Positions 25,985 through 38,257 of a stretch of DNA of 64,000 bases are shown here, piece by piece; position 1 is the stretch's first letter; each line of letters begins with the position of its first letter. The stretch is taken from the NCBI RefSeq assembly GCF_001194135.2, contig NC_069006.1, forward strand, positions 16,477,763-16,541,762, written 5' to 3'. Under the pieces are notes generated by a model, which saw only the letters and a list, made by a program, of their open reading frames with translations, ran no database searches and was not told where the DNA came from. Made by a program: the position numbers and the translations under genes. This stretch comes from Octopus bimaculoides. Lineage: Eukaryota.

Positions 25985-28207
25985 GTATGTGTTTAACTAC
26001 AGCTGTTTTCCTTCAGTCTTAGCCTTGAAAGATGAAGCCAGTCTGATCTTTATCTTTCTAACACACACCCATTCCACCATAATCAACAAAAGTCAGTCAG
26101 AGAAGTTCTGGGCTAAAAGAAACACACTGTGATTCATGACGCATGTGTTGGGAGCAGCTGGAGGTGGACCAACAAGGCATACTTTTGCAGAAATCTCATG
26201 TCGGGTCTTGTTTAAGTTTGATGGTAATGTATAAATAGAGAGAGAGAGAGCGCGCACACACACACACTCATGTATCTAGTGCTTGAGGGGTAAAAGGATG
26301 CAGAGATAGAGAGGGGTGATTATGAGGCTAGTAGTGGTGATGGTGTCTGTGTTAGAGTGATGAGGTATGATTGTGGTGGTGGTGGTGAATAGGGTAGGGT
26401 GAAAGTATATCTGCAGGCTCCTTGTCAAAAGGTAACATAACTCTCTTTTTTTCTTTCTGTTTACTTTACTCTGCATCCCTGGTATCTACATATTCTCTGC
26501 TTCCCTCTACAGATAAACTATGTTGCAACAAGATGCCCCACATTTTCTTATCTCTGAATACTAGACTCCTTTCAAATATTAAGGACAGTAAAGAGTTTTC
26601 ATTTATCTATTTATTTAGCTTTAAATAAAACCTGCTTTCATGTTTAGAAGAAAGGTTTGGTTGTTTTAATATTTACCTTGAGCAAGAAATGGCCACCCCC
26701 AAGCTTTCTGAATGAAATTTGGTAGGAGGAAACTTAAAAAACTAATCAGATGAATTAGAGTTGGGCTCTCAGCCATTTTTTTTACCTATGGACCCCTTTG
26801 ATTATTATTTCATTCAGATGAACCCTCATAGCCATTGAGCTCTGACATCCTGAACCTTATCTGACCATATACCTGGCTTCCTGAGCAAAATAAGCTGAAA
26901 ATTGGGTTATTATCAATTACAGCTCTCAAAACAAAAATATCAGTGTTAATAACAATCTGACAGCACAAACACAACAGAGATGCCTACCTGGCTCCTAGTG
27001 CCAATATTCCACCTTGGTATGCCAGTCGGTCCAGCATGTTGATCCTCTTTTGATGCAGAGATGAACTTTGCATTCTTGGCAACAGCTGGCTAATTTGACT
27101 GCTTTGACTGAATAATCCTTGTGAGGAACACTAAGGTTTTCTGACTTCAATTTGCTTGCCCAAGGTGTCATGCAGTGCGATTGAACCCGGAACCATGTGG
27201 TTGAGAAGCAAGCTTCTTACCACACAGCCATGCCTGATCAAATCTACTGAAATGGCTTTGGTCAGCCTGTGACTATATTAGATGTTTGCCCAAGGTGCCA
27301 TGCAGTAGTAGTGAGCCTGAAACTACAGCCACTCCTATACATTTTTTTTTAATCTCGTTAAATTTATGAAAATTATTTCTGGGCCGAAAGTTTTGTTTAT
27401 GGCACTTATGAAAGGGATGAGTGCCATACACGAAGCTCTTAGCTGTTGCTACACTTTAGTATGATAATTGCCATGCATGGAACTCTTGGCTCTTCAATCA
27501 CATTTACAGATGTCTACTGATTATGAAGTATAGACATGTATTTTTGTGTATGTGTTTGTGCATGTGCAAACACAAACAAACACATATACAATCCTGAAAA
27601 GACACATCAGACCGGATCCAAACATATCTCTTAACAAAATGCTTTTAAACTATTTAGTGAGAATTTTCTGCCAAAAGGATGTAGAGTGCTGATTCTGAAC
27701 ACGCACAAAACACATTGAACAACCTCAAGGAGTCCCATTAGGAGATGGCTTTGAGGAAACAATAAGAATTAACAGCTGTTATAGCTGTCAATATGCAAAT
27801 ACATACTCCCAGTGATAAACAAGAGAGTTTGCTTCAAGTGTATAGGCTCATGAGGCCAGATCTTATCTGAATTTCCAAGGCATTTAGGGTGTGATTACAA
27901 GATTACTTGCTGAAAAGGATACCAGTCTGTTGCAGGAGTGTCCACCGTCTTCCTCTATACCACTGGTACTTATTTACTACTACGCCACCTGCCTTCACCT
28001 ACAATGAAAAAGGAAGGAGAACATAGAGATGTTCTTTGGTTTAGTTAAGAAAGGTGTCGTTGTAAAGAGCAGGTTAAAGTCCATAACTAAGTGTTCCTTG
28101 ACTGTTGCTAGTGAACTCCTGCAGGGAAAAACAGAAGCAGGGAGTGAGTTTCAGAGAACTAATGTTCTGGAAAGAAAGGACTTGGTGTAGTTATTAGTGT
28201 GGGGCTC

Positions 28208-29122
28208 TCATGGAATGTGACCAAGTGAGGTTTATTTTTCAACACAGTACCCCTTGTGGTTCACACTCTTCTGCCATCAGTGTTGCAGTGCTTGGATCCC
28301 ATTGCTGAAGAAGGTGTCATCATGTTAGTAAAAAAAGTCATCAACAGCAGACATGTTGTCAATCACTTCGATACTGCATCCCAGCCAAGCGATATTTTTG
28401 TGTTGGGGAACACATGGTAGTCAGATAGGTCCAAACCAAGAGAAGAGAGAAGGCGGTCAACCAGTTCAAAGCCACAGTCATGTGCAATAGCCATTGAAAC
28501 GAAGGACTTGTGTGCTGGAGCATTGTTTTGATGAAACAAGACCCCTTTTGTTATTTTTCTGGGCATTTGGTGTTGATAGCCTTTCGTAACTGCCACAGCA
28601 GGTTGGCATAGTATTCCCCATTGATGCAGTGTGGCCTTTTTGAAGATAGTCCATAGTCACAATGCCTTTTGCACCCCCCCCCCCCAAAAAAAAAAACTGA
28701 GGCTGTTACCTTACCTGCAAATGAAATGACAGGTGAGGAGGGATTCTTTTCTTCCTCTGAGCTAGAGACAAAGAGACAATCCATGCAAAGTGATGAAGCT
28801 TGCACTCATCCTTGGTTATGAACATTCAAGTAAACCAGCTGGATCCACCTCAAACAATGTCAGATTTTCTCTCATGATGTGATCAACTTGGGGTGCTTTT
28901 GATCAGGTGTCGGAAGGTATGACACTCACTAAGCAGAAGCCTTTGTCAATTTTCAAAGAGAAGTCATTAGTAGTTACTTTTGAAGTCTTCTCTGAACAGT
29001 CAGATATCAGTCTACAGGAACGAAACAATGCAGTTATTAATAAGAAGATTTGAAATTAATGCATGCAAGATTTCACAGCTCTAGCTGCACCCCTTCATAG
29101 TTAGCCATTGAACTTTTCATAC
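28208..29122 (-). mobile_element. Decayed mariner (DD34D) transposon
   Basis: ORF pieces VLFHQNNAPAH...GFELV...DLSDYHVFP (HDNAPAH / YSPDLAPSDYHLF motifs) and DYLQKGHTING-type sequence. The right TIR-like agccattgaacttttca is shared with the 43-kb copy. Confidence 0.85.
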
Positions 29123-29191
29123 CACTCGTGTGTGTGTATGTATGTATGTAAGCGTGTGTGTGTGTGTGTGTGTATATATCTCTTTTACTTT

Positions 29192-29579
29192 CTCTTTTAC
29201 TTGTTTCAGTCATTTGACTGTGGCCATGCTGGAGCACCGCCTTTTAGTCGAGCAAATCGACCCCAGGACTTATTCTTTTGGAAGCCTAGTACTTATTCTA
29301 TCGGTCTCTTTAGCCGAACCGTTAAGTTACGGGGACGTAAACACACCAGCATCGGTTGTCAAACGATGTTGGGGGGGACAAACACAGACACACAAACATA
29401 TACACATACATACATATATATACATATATACAACGGGCTTCTTTCAGTTTCCGTCTACCAAATCCACTCACAAGGCTTTGGTCGGCCCGAGGCTATAGTA
29501 GAAGACACTTGCCCAAAGTGCCACGCAGTGGGACTGAACCCGGAACCATGTGGTTGGTAAGCAAGCTACTTACCACACA
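29192..29579 (-). mobile_element. Major tRNA-derived SINE, young copy
   Basis: Reverse complement of the 30474 copy, with about 4 mismatches in the first 150 bp. Confidence 0.9.
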
Positions 29580-29796
29580 CACACATATATATATATATAT
29601 TGTTTGGATTGTATAAGTAGTAGGAGTAGCTCCTTCCATATCTTGGTTTCACAAGAGAATTTGAAGAAGGTGACACCATAAATGTGGCCATTGTTGAACA
29701 AATTCATCTGAAAATAACACAAAATTCCGTCCCTAACAGAAGAGAAGCATAATTGTTGGTTAAGAGATCTAATTCATCTTTTTCTTTTCATTGCAG

Positions 29797-29853
29797 AAGT
29801 ATCCACCAGTAACCAAGGTCTAGCACAATATCCCAAAGAAATTTCCATCTTCA
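29797..29853 (+). CDS. CUB-domain membrane protein, exon 2 (57 nt, phase 1-1) EVSTSNQGLAQYPKEISIF
   Basis: Polypyrimidine tract plus ttgcag acceptor and gtaagt donor. The exon is open in the frame needed to join exons 1 and 3. Confidence 0.7.
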
Positions 29854-30473
29854 GTAAGTTTCACTTTGTATATTCTTCCATATTTATGGTCTTGGTGTGA
29901 GCAGCAACAAAACCTGTTTATCAGGAGGGAATATAGTTGCTTAAAATGACCTCAGTTCATGACTGGTATTTGTTGTTATATTAATGTAGTAGTAATAATT
30001 CTTGTGATTGTTGCTGTTCTTATCATCATCATCTTTCCATCTACCACTTATCTCTCTTCTCACCTCTCCCCCTCCTGTATCCTGTTGTTGTTTTTCATCA
30101 GTTTCATGTCATAAAAGTAGGAGGTAATAAAACAGAAAACATCTGCTCAGTCTTTACAGTTAGGTGACCATCCTGTTTTTATTGCAGGTGAGGGCATATT
30201 GTGGATGGTTAGGGAAAATTATGTGTGTGTCTTTTGATCATCATGTACCACAGTATGGTATAATCCACCTACCTCTAAGTAGGTATGATACTACTTACTG
30301 TGATGTACAGTCCAGCAAACATATTCTCAAAGTCATTCCGGCCATGACCATCCACACATAGAATAATAACATATACTGTGATATAGAGCACTGATTTGTC
30401 GTTAAGGTGCACCATGGTGTTTCATAAATCCATGCTGATGTTTAAGTTTGATAGACAAGCATGATTAATAAAA

Positions 30474-30637
30474 GAGTGGCTGTGTGGTAAGTAGCTTGCT
30501 TACCAACCACATGGTTCCGGGTTCAGTCCCACTGTGTGGCACCTTGGGCAAGTGTGTTCTACTATAGCCTCGGGCCGACCAAAGCCTTGTGAGTGGATTT
30601 GGTAGACGGAAACTGAAAGAAGCCCGTCGTATAGATG

Positions 30638-30670
<33 letters not shown>

Positions 30671-30859
30671 ATATGTTTGTGTGTCTGTGTTTGTCCCCCC
30701 AACATCGCTTGACAACCGATGCTGGTGTGTTTAGGTCCCCGTAACTTAGCGGTTCGGCAAAAAGAGACCGATAGAATAAGTCCTAGGGTCGATTTGATTC
30801 GACTAAAGGCGGTGCTCCAGCATGGCCGCAGTCAAATGACTGAAACAAATAAAAGAAAG
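30474..30859 (+). mobile_element. Major tRNA-derived SINE, young full-length copy
   Basis: tggctgtgtggtaag A-box region, gggttcagtccc B-box, internal TA/TG tract and tail gactgaaacaaataaaag. Confidence 0.9.
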
Positions 30860-31746
30860 TAGTTTTTCTATAAAATTTCAAACTTTTTAACTTTAAAACA
30901 GATTTTTTTCCATGGAGTCAAAATGATTGAGAACCACTGTGATAACCACACAATTGAACTTATTGGACGCATCAGATACAACAGCACAATGCCAGCTTTT
31001 GTTCACTTGATGACGAAGATGATGAATAGCACTTGTTTTAAGGAGAGGCATTTGAAGAAAATCCTGGACTATTGACCTAAAACAACATCAAGACTGACAA
31101 CAACATTAAAAGATAGAAGTGAATCTTCAGTAAAATCAACTTGGATGTACTTTAATCGCCCTAACACAAAACAAATTGATGGTAGCCAGAACAAGTAGAA
31201 GTCACCATAGCAAAAAATTAGTGTGTTCTGTCTCCTCTGGTGTATTGTTCTTTTTAAATGTCTCAACACCAACAGTCTGTAATACTAGTAATGTCTGACA
31301 CAACTGACTGCAAGTAGTCCTATTATTATGATGGCATTTGAGTCATTTCCTTTTTTAGTTCATTTTATATTTAACTAAGTTGTCAGTTTTTTAAAATATA
31401 AATAACTCTAAGATGAAATCTGCATGAGAAACAGAAAATAGTTTAACTTTAAATACAGGGTGCATTAAAATAGTCACTAAAAATAATTAGGGGTTGAAGC
31501 AAATTAGATAAGACAGATGAGTATGTATAGTTAGGGTTAACATATTTAATGCAGTCTAACTGGAAATAAATAAGTGTGACAGAGATAAATAGATTGATAA
31601 GTAGATAGATAGGTAGACATATAGAAAGACAAAGAAATAAATAGGTATGTGGTTATATTATATATGTGTATGTATGTGTATATATATTTATATATATATA
31701 TATATATAAATTAAAAACGTAAAGTTAAAACAGAACACAAAGGATT

Positions 31747-31846
31747 CCGTGGTACACGTGTTTCAAGCTTTATACACAAACAGTCGTTGCATCATCATTA
31801 TATGGGTATATAATTGATAGACAGGATGGTATAAAGCTATCTTCAG

Positions 31847-31850
<4 letters not shown>
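31747..31850 (-). ncRNA. Type I hammerhead-ribozyme-like motif (Penelope-type)
   Basis: The - strand reads GCGG-CUGAAGA-U-AGCUUUAUAC...GUAUAAAGCU-U-GAAA-CACGUG-U-A/CCAC: a perfect 10-bp helix II, palindromic ACACGUGU helix III, a GUA triplet and helix I with 3/4 pairs. Confidence 0.7.
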
Positions 31851-31882
<32 letters not shown>

Positions 31883-32050
31883 GTGAAAAGCTTCCTAATT
31901 CTGAGGGTTATAGTATGCAATTTTTAAAAATGAATTATTTGCTGCTGGCTATGTGAATGCGCCTGCACTTGATTTGAAACCCTAATGTTATAAGGATGTA
32001 GCTTGCACGTATGTTTTCAGTACGTGTTATTGCTACATAATTATGCATTG

Positions 32051-32138
32051 TTTTAGCGATCCCACTGACGAACTACGGACAACAAATTTGATTTATTTGC
32101 TCATTAATAGAGAAACTCGAGTTTGGGATTAACTAAAA
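32051..32138 (+). ncRNA. Type I hammerhead ribozyme motif with intact core
   Basis: GAUCCCA-CUGACGA-[helix II]-GAAA-CUCGAG-U-U/UGGGAUU. Helix I has 7 bp, a 1x2 internal loop and 6 bp more (uuuuag/cuaaaa). Predicted cleavage is after 32123. Confidence 0.8.
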
Positions 32139-32563
32139 TTAATAATTCCTTTCATTCTAGTGTTTTATCAGTGTGCCTTTAGAATAGAATTATTTTTCAT
32201 GGTTGGATTTAACTGCCCTTTCTAGCATGTAAAGAGTTTTGCTATAGGTCTTCTCTTTGTGTATATATCTATATGCACTCATATATATAGATATTATATT
32301 ATATTGTGTGTGTGTGTATCCATCAACATATCCATGTCTGTCTGTCTGTCCTAGACATGTTTCAATCTTATGACTTCATTTGTTTTTGTGTTGGTAATTA
32401 CAAATCCACTACAAGCATTTCTCATAAGGAAATGTTAGTTATAGTAAACTGGTGTCCTATCTATTTCCCATCTTATTGTGTATTGGGGTAGAAAACTATC
32501 TTCCTCATTGCTATACTTGAATAATAGACAAAAAAATTTATCTTTTGTTTCTCTCTCTTCCAG

Positions 32564-32759
32564 ATCGGTCCCACACCCTGCTGCAACAATCCTACATACA
32601 ATCAACTGATTTCTCATTAAAATCTAATTTAGTGACCACCATACGGTGGGAGTTTGTCGATGATTATGGAGTATGGGGAGTTATGTTTGACTCCTTCTCC
32701 ATCCCATACACTGATCACTGCACCTCAGACTATTTCTCAATTTGGGACGCATCCGGACG
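32564..32759 (+). CDS. CUB-domain membrane protein, exon 3 NRSHTLLQQSYIQSTDFSLKSNLVTTIRWEFVDDYGVWGVMFDSFSIPYTDHCTSDYFSIWDASG
   Basis: ctctcttccag acceptor and gtcagt donor. W...F-x-x-F-x5-C-x2-DY-x2-I-x-D is the typical CUB pattern. 196 nt, phase 1-2. Confidence 0.85.
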
Positions 32760-33203
32760 GTCAGTACATTTTACTATTTTTCACCACCTCTTCTCAAAGG
32801 ATACACCTTTGCAAACTAATACATGTATGCATCTGCATGCTCACACTCACTTTCTCTCTCTCTCTCTCTCTCTCTGGCATACATGCGCACATACACACAC
32901 ACACACACATCTCAAAAGAACTGATTGTGGGTTGTTGCTCTTTTGCTTGCTGAAAATATCTGGGTTCATAATCTCACTAGTATTAATCTTTCAATAATTA
33001 CAACATATAGAAATGGTGTATCTGAAAAATATAATAAAGCATTATATTAAAAAATATCCTGTTTTGATTAAACGCAAAAGTTTGAATATTGTTACTTACT
33101 TTATTAATTGAATTGATATATTCCGTCCTGTTATATACTATATAAACCTCATATACAATAGAGTTACATCAATATTATTTTCTAAATATTGTTTATCTTT
33201 CAG

Positions 33204-33352
33204 CTGTGATAATCTAAAGACTGTATTTTGTGGCAACCGCATACCCGAGACGTTTATGTCATGTAGCTCAAAGATTTTTGTTGAGTACCATTCTAATTCT
33301 CCATCAGAAATCACAAACTTTAAATTCAGAGTTGAGCCTGGACATAACAAAG
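33204..33352 (+). CDS. CUB-domain membrane protein, exon 4 RCDNLKTVFCGNRIPETFMSCSSKIFVEYHSNSPSEITNFKFRVEPGHNK
   Basis: tctttcag acceptor and gtaaa donor. FCG-x3-P-x4-S-x5-V-x-Y-x-S is the CUB C-terminal half. 149 nt, phase 2-1. Confidence 0.87.
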
Positions 33353-34315
33353 GTAAACCAAAATTTCTGAATTGTCTGACTCCTTTTTCTAAAACTAAAC
33401 TTCTTCCCTTCACACTTTTTTTCTAAGTGACTCTCAGAAGCTCATTCCTAATCCTGAGATATATTTTAAAATCTGAAGCTGTTTAGCCCTTTGTAAGAAC
33501 TGAAATGTCTTTAAAATTCTTAATTGTGATAACTTTATAGCTATATATCATTATATTTCCTTGCTTTCATAATTATTTGACTCAATTGTAGCTTATTATT
33601 GCTATAATAGTCTCATTTATGATGTAGTCTTTGGATATATGTACATTTATTAGAACTGTCCCTTATATGTGAGCAGTACTCTAGTATAAATTTAAGATAA
33701 ATGTGTATATAGTAACAGCACTGTCATTCATGTAAACAGTACACCAATGTAGATAAATATGTATACAATAGCAGTATTGCAATATAGGTCTAAGACTTGA
33801 GTTTGGTCAAAGACTGGCAATTGATTGAGATGAAATATTCATTGAGCTGAAGAAGATATTACATATTTGAGTATTCCAACATAAGCCCAGGATGTTTGTG
33901 CATCAGCAGTACCATTGTTCCCAGAAATATGAGCAGTACTGTAATATGGGTCTTGCCTGAGCTTTGTTAGCGGGTCAGCAATTAACCTATTTATTTATTT
34001 ATGTGTTTCAGCCAAGTGGCTGCGGTCATGGACTCTAAATAGGAAACATAGTATTTGTGATGCAGTTTTCATCATGCTATATATATAGCAATGTTATATT
34101 AATTTAATAAATTAATTATTATATTTCCTCAGTTCATAAATGTCTCTAAAAATATTATTTGGACAGGAAGTAGATTGTTGTATTATTACAATTACAATGA
34201 AAAACATGTCCTGTTTAAATTTATAATATTCTCGTTCCCCCACCCCCACCTCACCCACAATTGCTAAGTCAAGTGCTGTTTGTCTAACCTGAACTTCTAT
34301 TGTTCTCTATTACAG

Positions 34316-34372
34316 ATGCTGTATTAAAGCGCTTTGAGAAAGGTTTTGTTATGTCAAGGAACTCTGAGAAGG
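34316..34372 (+). CDS. CUB-domain membrane protein, exon 5 (57 nt stalk) DAVLKRFEKGFVMSRNSEK
   Basis: ttctctattacag acceptor and gtaag donor; phase 1-1 and open. Confidence 0.75.
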
Positions 34373-36067
34373 GTAAGAAATGTCTCTTGTTAAATGAATG
34401 AATGTTGGATCTTTTAGGTTTCTCTTGGCTCCATATGGTCCCTCATATAACATAAATTTCTCCTATTCCCTAGTCACTTTAACTTTTACCAGTCTAACGT
34501 TATAGAAAATATACGCACCATATATCTTACCTAGTTGTAAGTAGACAACTCAGTGAGGTACAGTCCACCTATATATAAGTAGCTATCACTGGGAAGTACA
34601 GTCCAGGTAGATGTAATTAGATACTATTCTGATCATCACTGGGATTTGAGGCTCTACTATTTTGGAACATTAAAAAAAAAACATTGGGTGAATTAAAAGG
34701 TCATGAGTGGTGGAGAAGAATCTAATCAAGCATCAGCAAACTTTTTATATCAATGACCCCTTCATGGAATTACTGAAGACTTATTGAATCCCATCAAATG
34801 AATTTCTAAAATAAAATGAAAATGTGTAATTAATAAAAAATTTCATGATTTCAATACAATAATTCCTTCATTCTTTTGTCTTTTTTAGTTTTTAATTAGG
34901 AATATTTCAAGAAATTTAATGAAAATACTTATTGAAATTTGATAAAGAACAATAAAGATTCAGTTGTCATATTATATTCATATATTTAATGTGAAATATG
35001 TACTGGGTGAATACTAGTTATTGCATTGATATTTGATTGAAAATTAGTGAATTTTAACTTTAAATTACAGAACTCTTCTAGGTTTATTTCACTAAAAATT
35101 CAGCTCCCTTAATGCTCAGGTGTTTATTTGCCCCATGGATAGATACATAGCCACTGCAGAGTCAATACTGATCGCTTTGCCAACCCCTGATCTAAAGATT
35201 CTGAGCCTTTGCACAACAGCTGAGAGAGAGGAAGACAGAGAGAGCCATTGCAGGCAAGTTGTCTTCCTCTCTCACTCTCTCTTACCTCACTTTGAAAGGA
35301 AGAAGAGACAAGACCTAAAATGCTAGATTCTTCCTTCCTTGTGTCGGTTGAATTTATTGATGTTTTCTGGGAACTCTCCTATCACCGGCTAATTGCTACC
35401 AATGACTCAGATCGCTGCCAATTTTTTCAGAATCTAGAATTTTACTTTGTAATACTTTGGGTTTGAGGGTTAAAACTTCCAGCTAAGCTCTTGTTTGTCA
35501 TAAACATATATTCTGTTTTTAGTTTCTCAAGTGTCTCCTTGATGTAATGGTTAGAGGTTAGCCTCCTCCTCTTTCAGCTGATGTGACATACTCAAGTGCC
35601 TCCTTGATTAGAGGCTAGTCTTCTCCTCTTCCTGCTGTTATGATGCTCTTCATATAATTGAGACAGTGTTTTCAGCTGGACCAATGGGAATGAGTTGATG
35701 TATATGAACATACATGTTTTATGCGTGTGTGTGTGTGTGTGTGTGTATCTGTTATATGTGTATGCATGCATACACATATGCAAAATCATACATGGATGTA
35801 TGCATACACTAACACACGTGTATGTGTGTTTAAATGTATGTTAGCATACATATATGTCTAAGAGTGCTGTATGCCTGTGTGTATATGTGTGTATATACAC
35901 ATATGCATACTCAACTACTGTTAGAAATATATGTATAGTATACTCACATGCATTCAGATACATATACATATATGCATAGATGTATATGCACACACACAGT
36001 TAAGTGTACATATACATACATACATATACATACATAGATATATACATATATAGATACACACATATAC

Positions 36068-36480
36068 ATCATCATCGTTTAACNNNNNNNNNNNNNNNNN
36101 NNNNNNNNNNNNNNNNNNNNNNNNNNNNNNNNNNNNNNNNNNNNNNNNNNNNNNNNNNNACAGCTGGATGCCCTTCCTAACGCCAACCACTCAGAGAGTG
36201 TAGTGGGTGCTTTTACGTGTCACCCGCACGAAAACGGTCACGCTCGAAATGGTGTCTTTTATGTGCCACCCGCACAAGAGCCAGTCCAGGGGCACTGGCA
36301 ACGATCTCGCTCGAAAACCCTACAAAGGCCAGTCAGGCGGTACTGGCAACGGTTACGCTCAAGATGGTACATCTTATGTGCCACCCGCACAAGAGCCAGT
36401 CCAGGGGCACTGGCAACGATCTCACTTGGCTTGCTGGGTCTTCTCACGCACAGCACATTTCCAAAGGTCTCAGTCAGTAG
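36068..36480 (-). mobile_element. RTE LINE 3' UTR, young 5'-truncated copy (gap inside)
   Basis: Near-identical to 42896-43305; contains a duplicated gccacccgcacaagagccagtccaggggcactggcaacgatctc block. Confidence 0.85.
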
Positions 36481-36810
36481 TCATCGCCTATACATATATA
36501 TATACACACACATACACTCGCAACAAACATATATATATATGTGCATACGTATGTACACACACACAGAGAGAGGCTTGCCTAGGTTATACAATACCTATCC
36601 AGTTCATTATCACAGTTACTGACCATTACTTTTGTGAGGTTCATAATCTTAACCCATTACCTCCCATAATTCTATTAACTGGAATTTTTTTATGAAACTT
36701 TGATTTCCTCATTTTCCTCATCATCATCATTATCATCAGCACCACCATTATTATTGTTGTTATTATTGTGCGTTTGTCTCACTCATGTAAATTTCTCTTC
36801 CAAAATGCAG

Positions 36811-37007
36811 AAAGAGTGGCCATGTCCAGTGAAGAGGAAAAAGTTGTCATCATCTCACTATCTGTCATCCTTCCTTTGGCTCTGGCAGTTCTTGTTATAC
36901 TAGCTTTTATTCTGGCCAGACACACTCGACAGGATAAAACCAGTTCCCAAGAAACCATCCTTCCTACACAATGTCCTTCTTCCAAAAAGTATGTTCACAC
37001 CGGAAAT
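36811..37007 (+). CDS. CUB-domain membrane protein, exon 6 (transmembrane) ERVAMSSEEEKVVIISLSVILPLALAVLVILAFILARHTRQDKTSSQETILPTQCPSSKKYVHTGN
   Basis: A 25-residue hydrophobic segment followed by RHTR, with a tgcag acceptor and gtaagt donor; phase 1-0. Confidence 0.87.
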
Positions 37008-37202
37008 GTAAGTAGTCACATCTTTCTATTTTCTATTCTTCGTCTTCTCTTGATGCATCCATGGCTATGTGGTTAAGACATTCACTTTTCAACTATGTAG
37101 TTTCAAGCTCACTACCACTGCATGGCACCTTGGGAAAACGTCTAATATAGTCACAGGCTGACCAAAGCCTTTTTAGTGGATTTGATCAGGTGTAGCTGGT
37201 TG

Positions 37203-37447
37203 TGAAGGTGCGTGGCTTAGTGGTTAGGGGCATTCGACTCACGATTGTAAGGTTGTGAGTTCAATTCCCGGCGACGCGGTGTATCCTTGAGCAAGACACT
37301 TTATTTCACGTTGCTCCAGTCCACTCAGCTGACAAAAATGAGTTGTACCTATATTTCGAAGGGCCAGCCTTGTCATACCCTATGTCATGCTGAATCTCCC
37401 TGATAATTACGTTAAGGGTACACGTGTCTGTGGATTGCTCTGCCACT
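37203..37447 (+). mobile_element. tRNA-derived SINE, 3'-truncated
   Basis: A-box tggcttagtgg and B-box gagttcaattcc; the body matches the 3' part of the 7246/62240 family up to gccactt. Confidence 0.8.
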
Positions 37448-38188
37448 TTGATATTGCTGCACCTCTTATGTGTCCATAGCTTACACTGGGTACAACTTAA
37501 AGCGTTTCTACCTATGCATTTTCTACAGATTGAGCAGGGCCATCTACCTGAAGGGGTTTGTGTTTTGTCTACCTTCCTACTTATTAGGAATTTGGTTTTA
37601 GCTAGGTTGATTCTAAGGCCCTTCCATTCTAGTCCTTGCTTCCTTACCTGAAACTTCTCTAGTTCTGATAGTGACTCAGCAATTAGGGCAAGGTCATCAG
37701 CATAGAGGAACTCCCAGGGGCATCCCATCTTGAATTCCTGTGTTATTGCCTGGAGGACTATGATAAATAGGAGGGCGCTGAGGACTGAACCTTGGTGGAC
37801 CCCTACCTCTACCTGGAATTCTTCACTGTACTCGTTGCCAACCCTCACCTTACTGACACCGTCCCTGTACATGGCTTGCACAGCTCTCACTAACCATTCA
37901 CCTATCCCTAGTTTCCTCATTGACCACCAGATAAGGGAGCGGGGGACCCTGTCAAAGGCTTTCTCCATGTCAACGAAAGCCAGGTACAGAGGTTTATCTT
38001 TGGCTAGGTATTTCTCCTGCAGCTGTCTTACCAGAAATATAGCATCAGTGGTGCTTTTCCCAGGCACGAACCCAAACTGCATCTCATCTAAGCTGACTCT
38101 CTCCCTAATTAGTTGGGCTATGACCCTCTCAGTGACCTTCATTACCTGGTCCAACAACTTGATACCTCTGTAATTGTTTGTGTCTAAA
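37447..38188 (-). mobile_element. RTE-clade LINE reverse transcriptase fragment with downstream Cys/His finger
   Basis: NYRGIKLL...QFGF...DMEKAFD...GVHQGSVLS...LYADD...WPCSICRK...CTQCKLWTHKRC in ORF 37306..38157; lies in intron 6 of the CUB gene. Confidence 0.93.
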
Positions 38189-38257
38189 TATATGTATGTA
38201 TATACATATATATAAAATGATTTCTGAATTTTCTTTTTTTTTTTGTTTTGTGTTTAG

